A stretch of DNA of 57,175 nucleotides from a bacterium. Its GTDB lineage: Bacteria; Patescibacteriota; Minisyncoccia; Moranbacterales; UBA2206. The notes below the pieces were generated by a model. That model had not been told where the DNA came from. It worked only from the letters and a program-made list of their open reading frames with translations, and searched no databases. The stretch spans positions 1 to 57,175 of the forward strand of contig JAURXY010000017.1 in assembly GCA_030654225.1 (NCBI GenBank). Direction: 5' to 3'. This document shows, piece by piece, positions 38,959 to 49,216 of the stretch. Each line of letters begins with the position of its first letter. Within the stretch, counting starts at the first letter, position 1. Made by a program: the position numbers and the translations under genes.

Positions 38959-39964
38959 ATTTTTTTCGATTAGCTTTGTGTTCATCGAAAGTTGCAGAAA
39001 AAATAACTTCTTTTTTTTCATCAATAGTGACAGTGAGAAAAAAATTATATTTTGAAGCGGTTGGATAAATAGCTCCGTTTATCGCGCTGAGCCCTGGATT
39101 AGAAATTGGAGTTGGTGGGAGTCCAATATTTCTATACGTGTTATAGGGCGAATCAAGCGTCAAATCTTTTCCACTATGCTGATCGTTGTTGTCTTGCAAA
39201 ATATATGAGAGTGGTGCGTCGCTTTCCAATCTTTGTCCGCTTGCAATTCTTTTCCAAAAAATTCCACTGGCTGTTTTCATATCCTCCGCCGTTTGCACTT
39301 CTTTTTCAATGATACTAGCCATTATCACAATTTCGCCCACGGATTTATTTTGATTCAAAATATCTTTTTTCATTTGATCAGTCAATTTTTGATCAAAAGT
39401 ATCCAGTAGTCTGCCAACAATATCCTTGGCCAAAGTATCTTTTTTGAAAAAATAAGTATCAGGAAAAAGAAAGCCTTCTAGGGTTTTGATTTTTTCCGGC
39501 GTCAAATAGCTATAACGTTTTTTCAATTCTCCGGGATTATTCACAATTGCCAAAAATTCCTGCCCCGGTAGTCCACTAGCTGTTAATTTTTCGGCCATTT
39601 GACGCGCGGTAAAACCTTCCGGAAAAGTAATTTTGATAAATTTTTCTTCGCTGTTGGTGATAGTTTGAACAATTTCCGGGATTGTCATATTACCAGAAAG
39701 TTCATAGGTGTCCGGCATTATTTTGCTCAAAAGTTTTTGTGATTTTATATAATAATAAAAATAGATTTCTCCGGAAATCAAATTCGCTTCTTTCAATTTT
39801 ACGGCCACCTCTTTGTTTCCATCGCCCTTGGCAATTTCCAAAGTTTTTGTTCCGACAAATTTTGCGTGTGAATAATAGACTTGGTATCTAAAATAAAAAA
39901 GCCCTGCCATAAATAGCAGAAGGAATGCGAAAATTATTATAATTATTTTATTTTTTTTATTCAT
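38948..39964 (-). CDS. mltG: Endolytic transglycosylase MltG
   Basis: TFPEG, LEGFLFPDTY, ASIIEKE, SPYNTY..GLPPTPI. Confidence 0.95.
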   Translation of the reverse strand: MNKKNKIIIIIFAFLLLFMAGLFYFRYQVYYSHAKFVGTKTLEIAKGDGNKEVAVKLKEANLISGEIYFYYYIKSQKLLSKIMPDTYELSGNMTIPEIVQTITNSEEKFIKITFPEGFTARQMAEKLTASGLPGQEFLAIVNNPGELKKRYSYLTPEKIKTLEGFLFPDTYFFKKDTLAKDIVGRLLDTFDQKLTDQMKKDILNQNKSVGEIVIMASIIEKEVQTAEDMKTASGIFWKRIASGQRLESDAPLSYILQDNNDQHSGKDLTLDSPYNTYRNIGLPPTPISNPGLSAINGAIYPTASKYNFFLTVTIDEKKEVIFSATFDEHKANRKKYGL

Positions 39965-39967
39965 GCT

Positions 39968-40591
39968 TTATATTAACGGCACAAAATTATATCCAGGGTA
40001 TTCTTCTTTATAAAAATTATTCTCGTCTCTTTTTTCAAGATAAACCAAACTATTTTTGACAGGGATAACCATTTTTCCTCCAACCTTAAGCTGATTTTTC
40101 AACTCTTCCGGAATGACATTGGCCGAAGCGCTAACTAAAATCCTGTCGTAAGGTGCATTGGCTGAAAATCCTTCTTTTCCATCAACTAAATAAAATTCAG
40201 CGATTCCCTCCTCTCCATCTTTTACATAATTTCTATATTTTTTAACATTATTTTTACCCCATTCCATTAATTCCTCAATTCTTTCTAAGGCTATCACATG
40301 ACCTTTCTTTCCAACAATATAACACAGGAGCGCCGTTGTCCAACCAGAGCCAGAGCCAATATCCAACACATTTTGTCCACGCTGAGAATCTAGCAGCTCA
40401 AGTATGGTGGCTATTGTTTTTGGCTGAGAAATTGTTTGTCCATGTCCAATCGGCAAGGCTACATCCGCCATAAATTCTTGTTCCAAATCTTGAGGTAAAA
40501 ATTCCACGCGACTTATTTCTGAAAAAGCATCAATAATCAAATCGGTTTTGAGATATCCGTTTTTGATTAAATTATTGATTAGATTATCCAT
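39968..40591 (-). CDS. pcm: Protein-L-isoaspartate O-methyltransferase
   Basis: GQTISQP, VLDIGSGSGW, APYDRI, FVPLI. Confidence 0.93.
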   Translation of the reverse strand: MDNLINNLIKNGYLKTDLIIDAFSEISRVEFLPQDLEQEFMADVALPIGHGQTISQPKTIATILELLDSQRGQNVLDIGSGSGWTTALLCYIVGKKGHVIALERIEELMEWGKNNVKKYRNYVKDGEEGIAEFYLVDGKEGFSANAPYDRILVSASANVIPEELKNQLKVGGKMVIPVKNSLVYLEKRDENNFYKEEYPGYNFVPLI

Positions 40592-40599
40592 TTGAGTTT

Positions 40600-41040
40600 T
40601 TATAACCCTATAACCTGCACGATATAATCTCTTTTCCTTGAACCATCCATTTCTACAAAAAAAATACTTTGTTTTTGTGAAAGATCCATTTTGCCTTTTT
40701 CAATTGGCACTGTTTGACTAGCGCCCAAAAGAATTGCCTTGCAATGAGAATGTCCGTTGGAACGTCCATCTGAAGATGTGGCACGATTAAGTTCGAAGAG
40801 ATCATGCGAATAGCGATCAGACACTGGCACAATGCGGTATAAGGTTCGCATAAAATCTTGGATGAGCATTGATTCGTTGTGATTGATCACAATACCAGAA
40901 GTAGTATGTTGAGAAAAAATCAGAACCTGTCCTTCTCGAATACCAGATGCCGAAATCACATCTTCGACTTTTTGGGTGATGTCGATAAATTCAATTTGGG
41001 TAGAAGTTTCCAACTCAATTTTTTGTTTGTAAACGCGCAT
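40600..41040 (-). CDS. YjbQ/UPF0047 family protein
   Basis: FIDIT, HTT, NGHSH, EMDG.R. Confidence 0.88.
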   Translation of the reverse strand: MRVYKQKIELETSTQIEFIDITQKVEDVISASGIREGQVLIFSQHTTSGIVINHNESMLIQDFMRTLYRIVPVSDRYSHDLFELNRATSSDGRSNGHSHCKAILLGASQTVPIEKGKMDLSQKQSIFFVEMDGSRKRDYIVQVIGL

Positions 41041-41049
41041 ACGCTTTAT

Positions 41050-41146
41050 CCGATGCGAAACTACGAATTAAATGCGAATCTACGAAAAAATATTCCTATT
41101 TTATACATGTTCGTAGATTCGTTCTTGTTTCGTTGTTTCGTATCGG
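41050..41146. repeat. 97-bp dispersed imperfect inverted-repeat element, copy 1
   Basis: ccgatgcgaaactacgaattaaatgcgaatctacgaa...ttcgtagattcgttcttgtttcgttgtttcgtatcgg; copy at 55614-55710. Confidence 0.85.
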
Positions 41147-41149
41147 TTA

Positions 41150-42319
41150 TTATTTTTTAAAAACGCTGGCAACTTTTTTAGCGACTTTTTTATCCAACGC
41201 TTCTGGTATTATTTTACCACTAGTTGGTTTTTTTATCAAACTGGCAATTGCATAGGCTACTCTTATTTTATGCTCATCCGTAATCACTTTTATATTATTA
41301 TCCAACGCTCCACGGAAAATACCAGGAAAAACCAAAACATTATTGATTTGATTGGGATAATCTGAGCGCCCCGTCGCCACAACACGCGCTCCACCCGCCT
41401 TGGCTCGTTCTGGCATAATTTCCGGAATCGGATTAGCCATCGCAAAAACAATTGAATTTTTATTCATCTGAGAAATATCTTCTTCTGTGAGAATGTTTGG
41501 CGCTGAAACTCCGATAAAAACATCCGCCTTTGTGAGAGCATCTCGTACATTGCCTTTCAAATTATGAGGATTAGTAATGTACGCGATTTCCATTTTCGAA
41601 CCATTGAGTCCTCCACTTCTTTCTTTGTAGATTATTCCTATGCGATCCAGCATAACAATATGTTTGGCACCGGCCTTGATTAAAAGTTTGGCAATCGCCA
41701 CACCGGCCGCACCTGTGCCAGAAATAGCAATTTTTATTTTTGCTAAATCCTTTTTGACAACCTTGAGTGCATTGATTAGCCCCGCCAAAACCACAATCGC
41801 CGTGCCATGTTGGTCATCGTGAAAAACCGGAATGTCTAATTCTTTTTTCAATCGCTCTTCAATTTCAAAACACCTTGGCGCTGAAATGTCTTCCAAATTT
41901 ATTCCACCAAAAGTTGGAGCTAGATATTTTATGGTCTTGATTAATTCTTGCGTATCCTGCGTCGCCAATACAATCGGGATAGCATCCACTCCGCCCAATT
42001 CTTTGAAAAGTAAAGCCTTACCTTCCATTACGGGAAGTCCCGCTTCCGGTCCAATATTACCCAATCCCAAAACCGCTGATCCATCCGAAATCACCGCTAC
42101 CGTATTTTTCCGCATAGTATAAATCTTGGAAAGTTTTTTGTCCTTGGCAATCGCTTTTGACACTTCCGCCACCCCCGGAGTATACAAAATCGGCAAAGTT
42201 TTTTTTGTGAGTTTTACTTTGCTTCTAATTTCGATTTTCCCGCCTCGACTCGCGACGAAGGTCGCTCCTCGACGCGAGGCGGGTCCACCAAGTTTTTTTG
42301 AGAGTTGGATTGAATTCAT
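41150..42319 (-). CDS. NAD(P)-dependent malic enzyme
   Basis: YTPGVA, VLGLGNIGP, INLEDI, HDDQHGTA, ATGRSDYPNQINN. Confidence 0.95.
   Translation of the reverse strand: MNSIQLSKKLGGPASRRGATFVASRGGKIEIRSKVKLTKKTLPILYTPGVAEVSKAIAKDKKLSKIYTMRKNTVAVISDGSAVLGLGNIGPEAGLPVMEGKALLFKELGGVDAIPIVLATQDTQELIKTIKYLAPTFGGINLEDISAPRCFEIEERLKKELDIPVFHDDQHGTAIVVLAGLINALKVVKKDLAKIKIAISGTGAAGVAIAKLLIKAGAKHIVMLDRIGIIYKERSGGLNGSKMEIAYITNPHNLKGNVRDALTKADVFIGVSAPNILTEEDISQMNKNSIVFAMANPIPEIMPERAKAGGARVVATGRSDYPNQINNVLVFPGIFRGALDNNIKVITDEHKIRVAYAIASLIKKPTSGKIIPEALDKKVAKKVASVFKK
42239..42283. repeat. 45-bp palindrome, in frame in the malic enzyme N-terminus
   Basis: cccgcctcg...cgaggcggg with inner gcgac/gtcgc; encodes PASRRGATFVASRGG. 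Confidence 0.75.
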
Positions 42320-42330
42320 AAAAATTTTAA

Positions 42331-44286
42331 CTATGTTTGTTCTGCCACGCAAACTTCTTTGATTTCATTTTTCAGATCTCCCATTTCTTTTTTCAAAAAA
42401 CCATTCCATTCTTCCATTTCCATTATTTCCGGATTGATAATATTTTCCTCTTCCATTTCAACTGCACTTGAAACTTCTGGCCATTTAGTTCTCTCAGGAG
42501 CTTTGCCAAAAGCCATTTCAACCGTTTCGCGTGGACCAAAAAATTCTCGCTTGGCTGATTTGTTTTTTGGAGCGGAAATTTCAAATGAATTAACCACACC
42601 CTCATTTCCATAATCAAGATTTTTGTCCCAGCCATCGCTTTGAAAAAAACCGAATTGATCTTTCAAAATTTGATAGAGATAGGCTCGATCAGTTGCTACT
42701 GTGCTTTCTTTGATGAAATTATTCCAAATATAATAATCCAATTCTTTTTCATAGCCTTCCATTTTCCATTGCGAAATTACATTTTCCAAAGCTCGAATAG
42801 AAAGAACATTTTCTTGGAGAAAATATTTTGTCGAACGACCACCAGCTTCTTTGAAATAATAAGCCCCGTCGATTTCTTTGCCGGCAAAAACATTTTGAAT
42901 TAGCCGAGCTGATTTTGCCAAATTCCAGAGTTTTTGTTCACTGCCCTTGGGAATTTCCATATTCCCATTTTTGTCCATAATATCCGCTAAAATAAGATGA
43001 AATAATTCATTTTCCTTGCCTGCTGAGTCTTCTAAGCTACCCTCCGTTTCTTGTGGCAAATAATCATATTCAATTTTGTGAAGTCGAGAAAGAAAAGCTG
43101 GATCCATATCTTGCCGATCAACATATTTTTCTTGACCTTGATTCAAATTTCCCGTCATCATTATTCCAAAACCTTCCTTGATTTCAATTTCTCTTCCGCT
43201 ATCTTGTTGAATGTTTATCTTATCCCCAACTTTTCTGGTTAGAATATGATTTAAACTGATAAGTACTTCGTGCGGAATCGCATTGACTTCATCGATAATG
43301 ATTATTCTGCCTTCTTCCATCGCTTGATAGATTGGACCCATAAAAAAATCTGACACGGTTGAACCGGTTTTTTCATCTACTGTCAAAACCTGATGTCCAT
43401 AAAATTCCGCCTGCGAAATGTTTTTTGAACCGGAAATAATCAAAGCGCTTCCTTTCAATTCACATAATTTTTGTAATTCTAATTCTTTTACAGCTATTAA
43501 ATTATTCAAAGAACCGTCATCATATTTTTTTTCTTTCTTTTGCTTTATTAAAATGTCTTCTAGCTCTTGTTTTTTTTCTAATATATCCGGATTATTCTCT
43601 GAAATATATTTTTTTGCCGTATGCATAGCGAGTTCCGATTTTCCACTTCCAAGATGACCATAAATCAAAATTGGTTTGTTAGCTTGCAAATGGACTTCAA
43701 TATCTTCCATTTGCTCTTTGACATAATCAGTTTCCACAATTTTTCCATCCTCCAATTCTTTTTTATATTCTTCTAATTGCTTCAAGTGCAATCCGAAATA
43801 ACTTTCCGGGCTAAGTTCCAGTGATTTTTCTCGCAAATTTTGATTTTCACCCAATTCATCACGAACTTCATCCAACGCTTCCAGTTCTTCTCCACTAGGC
43901 GCTCCGTCAAAGCCTTTCAAAATTTCCACTTTTTCCAAAAGCAATCCTTTTCTTTCCATTTGAATAGCTTTTTCATAGCGAAGGGCTTTGATTAAATTTT
44001 CTTTTCGCAGTTCAACCAATTCTCGCTCCGGCGAATTTTCTTCACCCAAAATTTTCTCTGCTTCTGTTTCAAAAACATTTTCTCTTTCCAGCGCTTTTTT
44101 GGCGACTCGCCCTCTTTTGGATTTTTCCAAAATTTCTTCTTCGGATTTTTCTTGCCTTTCTTCTTTGGGAATTTTTGTTTCGCGATACATCATCTGTGAG
44201 GCTTTTTGGGCTTGCCGTTTGTTTTTTTCCGCCTCATTGACATTTTCTTCCACTTTTTTCCATTGTTCAAAATTTTGTGATTCCAT
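42331..44286 (-). CDS. MoxR/CbbQ/dynein-related AAA+ ATPase with coiled-coil N-terminus
   Basis: Walker A GHLGSGKS, Walker B IIIIDEVN, MTGNLN, MDPAFLSRL. Confidence 0.85.
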   Translation of the reverse strand: MESQNFEQWKKVEENVNEAEKNKRQAQKASQMMYRETKIPKEERQEKSEEEILEKSKRGRVAKKALERENVFETEAEKILGEENSPERELVELRKENLIKALRYEKAIQMERKGLLLEKVEILKGFDGAPSGEELEALDEVRDELGENQNLREKSLELSPESYFGLHLKQLEEYKKELEDGKIVETDYVKEQMEDIEVHLQANKPILIYGHLGSGKSELAMHTAKKYISENNPDILEKKQELEDILIKQKKEKKYDDGSLNNLIAVKELELQKLCELKGSALIISGSKNISQAEFYGHQVLTVDEKTGSTVSDFFMGPIYQAMEEGRIIIIDEVNAIPHEVLISLNHILTRKVGDKINIQQDSGREIEIKEGFGIMMTGNLNQGQEKYVDRQDMDPAFLSRLHKIEYDYLPQETEGSLEDSAGKENELFHLILADIMDKNGNMEIPKGSEQKLWNLAKSARLIQNVFAGKEIDGAYYFKEAGGRSTKYFLQENVLSIRALENVISQWKMEGYEKELDYYIWNNFIKESTVATDRAYLYQILKDQFGFFQSDGWDKNLDYGNEGVVNSFEISAPKNKSAKREFFGPRETVEMAFGKAPERTKWPEVSSAVEMEEENIINPEIMEMEEWNGFLKKEMGDLKNEIKEVCVAEQT

Positions 44287-44346
44287 ATATTTTTTCAAAA
44301 AAAATTAAAAGATTTAATTCAAAATAAATTCTCAAACTCCCAAAGC

Positions 44347-45306
44347 CTAAGTTAATTCAAAACTACGGGAGAGACGGCACCCAAGGAAGACATCGGAAAG
44401 GCCGAGAGCATGCGCATCCACACAGAGCTGGCGAGCAACCGGATCCCAGTCAGCATCGACGACCCGAGAAGCAGAGCACGATTTTGGTAGCCAAGTCCAG
44501 CTTTTTTCATCTAAATGATTATTAGTTTTCTGAAAATATTGTCGTTGTAAAATTAAATATTCATTTAGAGATAGTCCCTCAGTTTTGATTTGATTTCCGC
44601 TTAACTCGAAATTAATTGGAATAGGCTGATTGTTTTCAACTCTTTCTTGGATTTGTTCTTCGCTTAAGCCAGAAAGTTGCATGATGTTTTTGCCGAGAGT
44701 TTGTTTGAGATATGGATTGGTGTTTTCATCTTTAAGAATATTTTGATCGGAATGTGTGAGAATGATTTTTGTTTTTTTACTTTCAGATGTTTTAGCTCCA
44801 GTAAAACCTCCGCCGTTTTTAAAATTATTTGATTGCCAAGTAGTAACATAGCCATCACCATCAGTCATTTTTTCATTGAGTTCTTCGCTGGTTGGCAGTT
44901 TTTTTGGAATAATGAGAATTTGGTCATAACCATACAGTGCCATTTCTTTTTGAATTTCAAGTTTGTGAAGTCTCAAAATTTGCTTGACTTCTTGTTCGTT
45001 GAATTCTGGAATTTTATGCTCTTTGTAGAATTTTTTTTGCCATTGGATTTCTTTTTCCAAATCAATTTCAATATCCTTGTCTTTGTTAGTTTCATTGGTT
45101 GTTTCGGGATTGATAAACTTTGCAGTGATCTTTTTGGGAGTGATTTTTTCTTTGAGAGCTTGCAATTTTTCTTCAATTTCTTTTCGAAGTTCTTTGGTTT
45201 TTTCGAGATTGCCTGATTTGATGGATTTTTCCAATTCAAATTCAAACTTTTGTTGGAGTTTTTCAAGTTCTTGGTATTCAGTTTTGAGGAGTTGACACTC
45301 AGACAT
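44347..45306 (-). CDS. DGR target protein 1 (coiled-coil N-terminus, C-terminal CLec-type variable domain)
   Basis: contains VR1; ends WTWL...LGCRLSRSF; paralog of 49217-50191. Confidence 0.9.
   Translation of the reverse strand: MSECQLLKTEYQELEKLQQKFEFELEKSIKSGNLEKTKELRKEIEEKLQALKEKITPKKITAKFINPETTNETNKDKDIEIDLEKEIQWQKKFYKEHKIPEFNEQEVKQILRLHKLEIQKEMALYGYDQILIIPKKLPTSEELNEKMTDGDGYVTTWQSNNFKNGGGFTGAKTSESKKTKIILTHSDQNILKDENTNPYLKQTLGKNIMQLSGLSEEQIQERVENNQPIPINFELSGNQIKTEGLSLNEYLILQRQYFQKTNNHLDEKSWTWLPKSCSASRVVDADWDPVARQLCVDAHALGLSDVFLGCRLSRSFELT
44359..44479 (-). repeat. DGR variable repeat VR1
   Basis: 121 bp, ungapped match to TR; 17 mismatches, all at TR adenines. Confidence 0.97.
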
Positions 45307-45307
45307 A

Positions 45308-47452
45308 TTATAATCTTACACCAGATAAGTATTTTTTCAAAGCTTGGGTTATGGCGGGAATCAAGTTGGCTATTTCCTCACCAATCACTTCTCCCTGTTT
45401 TTCTTTTCGCCCAGCATTCCACACTTCATCAAAAATCTTCTTATCTTCATCGCTAACTGCACCTATCTGAAAGGCTCTCTCTATCACTCCCGACTCAATC
45501 AATTTATCCACTGCCTTTTTTGAAGCCTCAGAATCAGAAGATCCGCCATCAGTTATTTCAAAAACAATTTCCATGGTCTTTTTCTGTGAAATTTTTTGCA
45601 AGTCTTCAGCTGAAAAAGATTTTTGAATTTCTCCCAACGCCTTATCGTCATAAGTATACCCAATAGTATTGTCCAGTTTTTCAAAAAGTTTAATCGTCTC
45701 TATTCGTTCATCACTTATCCTAGATTCTTTTCGCAATTTTTTTATCTTCTGGGCATCATCTCCAAAAATCCATACCTCCGTATCAACTTCCAACTTGGAT
45801 TTTGTTTGTGATCTCGTTCGATTGAGTTGAGTGTTGAATTCACGAAGTGATGACAAAATCAAAACTACACATTGTTGCAAAATATGCCGTTTTTTTTCAT
45901 CCATCGATCCAGACATATCGCCCACCAGTCTGATGTTGATTCTTTCCGGCATTTGCACCAGTTTTTCTTTGGAAACTATTCGTTCCATCACTCGAACATC
46001 TTCAAATTTTTTCTCTTGAATTTTCGGCCACTCCTCAATCACTTTTTGAACATTCATTTCCGTTCCGGTTTTGAAATATCCTTCTTTTTCTCTTTTCATT
46101 TCTCGACTGGAACCAAAAATAATTTTTTGCCAAAGTTTGGAAAGTTGTTGCAAGTATGGCTCGACTTGGGCTTCAATTTTTTTGAAATTTATAAACTTAT
46201 TTTGATCAATGCCATTTTTTTCGCACCAAGATTTGTCTATCTCTGCTTGTGCTTCATCAGCTTTTTCCTGTGGTGTTTTGTTTTCTTGCGCCTGCGCTTT
46301 GGCTTTTCTGGCCTCTGCCTCTTTTTTGTCATCTTCGTTTTTGTCCATCCAATTTTTGATATCCTCCTCGGAAATCTGATCAGGATTATTTTTGTCATAA
46401 TCTTGATACTCCTCATCAAACGGATTACCTGACTCTCCCTCGCCTTCTCCTTTTTGCGGTTGACCCTCTTGTTTCTCCGGTTTTTTCGGCTCCCATTCAT
46501 TCAAATCTTTGGCCAAAAGTTCTGCAAAAATCGGCTCCAATGTTTTTTGCAACACAAAATGTCTTTGACTAGCAAGAGTATCACGATTTTTTTTCGGCTT
46601 GATGAAACTATCCACAATTTCTTTGGGCGAATATTGCCTGCCTTGAAATTCAATTTTTCGCTTCATTATTTCTGCCACTTCTTCATTCAACACAACACTT
46701 TCATCTTTTACCATTTCTTCCCGCAATAATTTATAGACAAACTGAAGATGTCTTGGCAATGCGGAATAATCAGTTTTAGCAAAAAGTTTTTCTTGATATA
46801 GTCTTTTTGTTTCTTGCCCGCCATTGGCTTTTTCTTCAAAGGCGGGAGCTTTTCTGGCAACATTATTATTGTCATTTATATCATCAAAAATATTGTAGAA
46901 AGTATGGTGAATTTTATAAGCCGAGCGTTCCACCGCATTCATTGTTTTGCCATCTGGTTTTTTTGGATTGAGCGGTTTTTGTTTTTTCAAATTTTCCACA
47001 AATTCAGGATCACTTTGTCCATATTTCTCTTCCCATTTCTTCAAAATAATTCCACCAGTTTTTTTAGCTTGACTTCTGATATATTCAAAATTTTTCATTA
47101 CTCCACTCGCGTCTGCATCCAAATCACGAAAATGTTCCAATTCATGCAAACATCCCCATAATATCTGCTCTTTGGAAAAACCTTTTTCCGAAAACCACTT
47201 GCCATCCAAATTCACTTCACCTTTTTCCAAATCAATATAAAATCCATCAGAAATTTTAAAGTTTAGAGAAACATCTTTAGCAAAAGTCGTAAAAAATCTT
47301 CGATGCGAATCGACAAATTCTTGGGCTTCTTGGCGATATCTTTCTGCTTCCTGATTCATTTTCTCTTTTTCTTTTTCCGTTTCACCAAAAGATTCGTCTT
47401 TTTGCGTATCAATTTTTTTTATCGCTGGCAAATTTTCAATAAATTGTTTCAT
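45308..47452 (-). CDS. vWA (MIDAS) protein with N-terminal HExxH metallopeptidase-like domain
   Basis: LHELEH; charged linker; DMSGSM and ITDGGS. Confidence 0.8.
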   Translation of the reverse strand: MKQFIENLPAIKKIDTQKDESFGETEKEKEKMNQEAERYRQEAQEFVDSHRRFFTTFAKDVSLNFKISDGFYIDLEKGEVNLDGKWFSEKGFSKEQILWGCLHELEHFRDLDADASGVMKNFEYIRSQAKKTGGIILKKWEEKYGQSDPEFVENLKKQKPLNPKKPDGKTMNAVERSAYKIHHTFYNIFDDINDNNNVARKAPAFEEKANGGQETKRLYQEKLFAKTDYSALPRHLQFVYKLLREEMVKDESVVLNEEVAEIMKRKIEFQGRQYSPKEIVDSFIKPKKNRDTLASQRHFVLQKTLEPIFAELLAKDLNEWEPKKPEKQEGQPQKGEGEGESGNPFDEEYQDYDKNNPDQISEEDIKNWMDKNEDDKKEAEARKAKAQAQENKTPQEKADEAQAEIDKSWCEKNGIDQNKFINFKKIEAQVEPYLQQLSKLWQKIIFGSSREMKREKEGYFKTGTEMNVQKVIEEWPKIQEKKFEDVRVMERIVSKEKLVQMPERINIRLVGDMSGSMDEKKRHILQQCVVLILSSLREFNTQLNRTRSQTKSKLEVDTEVWIFGDDAQKIKKLRKESRISDERIETIKLFEKLDNTIGYTYDDKALGEIQKSFSAEDLQKISQKKTMEIVFEITDGGSSDSEASKKAVDKLIESGVIERAFQIGAVSDEDKKIFDEVWNAGRKEKQGEVIGEEIANLIPAITQALKKYLSGVRL

Positions 47453-48464
47453 ATAAACATTCGCTTATTAGTTTGTTCTTCAAATTATACGAATTGCAAT
47501 GCTTGAGTAATCCGCAATATGAATTGAACACTTTGGAAAAATCTCGACTGGCAATTTCGCCCTTTTCAAATCTCTCCGCTGTATGAAAAATATTTTTCAA
47601 CATTCTTCTTTTTGTTTTCCGGCGAAGCAAAATCGCATCAGACAAAACGATATACCCGCAAAAATCAATCCCCCACTTCAATTTTCGGAAAGTTATTTTT
47701 TCTTTGGGAATTTTCAATAATAGTTTATTCTCCACGAATATTTTTGCTTTTCTGGCAAACTCAACCATCCTCTCTTTATTATAGTCTAAAATAACAAAAT
47801 CGTCATTATATCTCACATAGTGTCTAACTTTCAGCTTTTTTGCGACAAAATGATCCAGTTCATTGAGATAAATGTTAGCAAAAATCTGGCTGGTAATATT
47901 TCCCAGCGGAATGCTTTTGCTTGGCTTGCAATGAAAACTATCGATAATTTCCCAAATAATTTTTCTGATTCTTTCGTCGCAAATATTTTTGCAAATGATA
48001 TCGAAAAGAATGTTATGATCAATATTTTCAAAATATTTTCTCACATCCAGTTTCGCGCCGTAGCATCGACCAAAATTTCTTTTCGCAATATCTTGCGAAA
48101 AAATCTGCAGTTGCTTCACTGCGAGGTGTGATCCTTTCCCAACTCGCGAAGAATAGGAGTATTCTATGAAAATTGGCTCGAATGAGTCTGAAAGATAATC
48201 ATAAATAATTTGATGCACTATCCTATCCCTAATATCCGCTTTGTGAATATCGCGTTTTTTCGGATCTGAAATTCTAAAAAATTCATATGCCAGATGACGA
48301 TAATTTCCAGTACTCAAATCTCTATGCAACAAAAATAGATTGTCTTCAATATTTCTTTCAAAAAAAATCACTTCCTGCTTTTTCTCCTTACCCACCTTGA
48401 AAACCCGCCACGCGCGAAAGATGTTCTCGATATTAATTAATTTATCAAAATCATTATGAACCAT
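47436..48464 (-). CDS. DGR reverse transcriptase
   Basis: RDRIVHQ, GKGSH, IPLGNITSQIFANIYL (SQ motif), YVRYNDDF, GIDFCGY; no maturase or endonuclease domain. Confidence 0.96.
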   Translation of the reverse strand: MVHNDFDKLINIENIFRAWRVFKVGKEKKQEVIFFERNIEDNLFLLHRDLSTGNYRHLAYEFFRISDPKKRDIHKADIRDRIVHQIIYDYLSDSFEPIFIEYSYSSRVGKGSHLAVKQLQIFSQDIAKRNFGRCYGAKLDVRKYFENIDHNILFDIICKNICDERIRKIIWEIIDSFHCKPSKSIPLGNITSQIFANIYLNELDHFVAKKLKVRHYVRYNDDFVILDYNKERMVEFARKAKIFVENKLLLKIPKEKITFRKLKWGIDFCGYIVLSDAILLRRKTKRRMLKNIFHTAERFEKGEIASRDFSKVFNSYCGLLKHCNSYNLKNKLISECLYETIY

Positions 48465-48827
48465 AAAAATTATGAGCAAATAGAAATTCCAGTTATCAAA
48501 AAACTCTACGAATTATATAGACTGACACATTCTGTGATAATGAAATTTCCTAAACATGAAAAATACAGCTTGGGAGAAAAATTGGAATGTATTATCTTGG
48601 ATTCGCTGGAACTCATTATTTTTGGAAACTACCAGCCAAAAAATTTCAAAGAAGGATATATTCTCAAGGCTAATGCAAAAATAGAAATTTTGAAAATTCT
48701 ATTTCGCCTTGCTTTTTCAATCAAAGCTCTGGATGATCCGTCCTATCTCAAAACCCAACAAGCCTTGCAAGAAATCGGCAAAATGCTGGGTGGCTGGTTG
48801 AAATATTTGAAATCTGAGCAGAAATGA
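48456..48827 (+). CDS. avd: DGR accessory variability determinant (bAvd-like four-helix bundle)
   Basis: 123 aa; FPKHEKYSLG and EIGKMLGGW; lies between RT and TR. Confidence 0.9.
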   Translation: MNHKNYEQIEIPVIKKLYELYRLTHSVIMKFPKHEKYSLGEKLECIILDSLELIIFGNYQPKNFKEGYILKANAKIEILKILFRLAFSIKALDDPSYLKTQQALQEIGKMLGGWLKYLKSEQK

Positions 48828-48947
48828 AAACTACGGGAGAGACGGCACCCAAGGTTGTCATTGGAATTGTCGAGATCATTCGCATTCACATTGAGCTGGC
48901 GATCATCCGGATTCCAGTTAGCATTGACGACCCGAGAAGCAGAGCAC
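48827..48947 (-). ncRNA. DGR template repeat (TR)
   Basis: 121 bp; VR-frame translation CSASRVVNANWNPDDRQLNVNANDLDNSNDNLGCRLSRSF, rich in AAY codons. Confidence 0.96.
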
Positions 48948-49216
48948 CGCCTCTAGAAAAATTTTTCTTTTTCAATTTCGAGCGTAGAAGTTTTTCCAAA
49001 TTTATCAGGACAACACCATTTGTCCGAAAGAAAAATTGTAGTTTTACATTAATGATTTTTCACTCACTCTCACACAATTTTTCGTTGTATGACTCTGGAA
49101 AAATAAAAAATCTGTTTCGGCAAACCACTGCTGAAAACTTTTTTCAACTGATTATACGAGCCGAGGGATAAAAAAATAAAAATTAATTTAAAAATAAATT
49201 CTCAAGCTCCCAAAGC

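Noticed and set aside
47436-48464. RT as group II intron, retron or Abi RT
   Set aside because: SQ motif, short length, adjacent Avd and TR/VR pairs identify it as a DGR RT.
48824-49171. 115-aa plus-strand ORF overlapping the avd stop (ATGA)
   Set aside because: It is the antisense reading of TR; its Ile/Val richness is the complement of AAY/GAY codons. No independent coding evidence, although the ATGA overlap means translation is not excluded.
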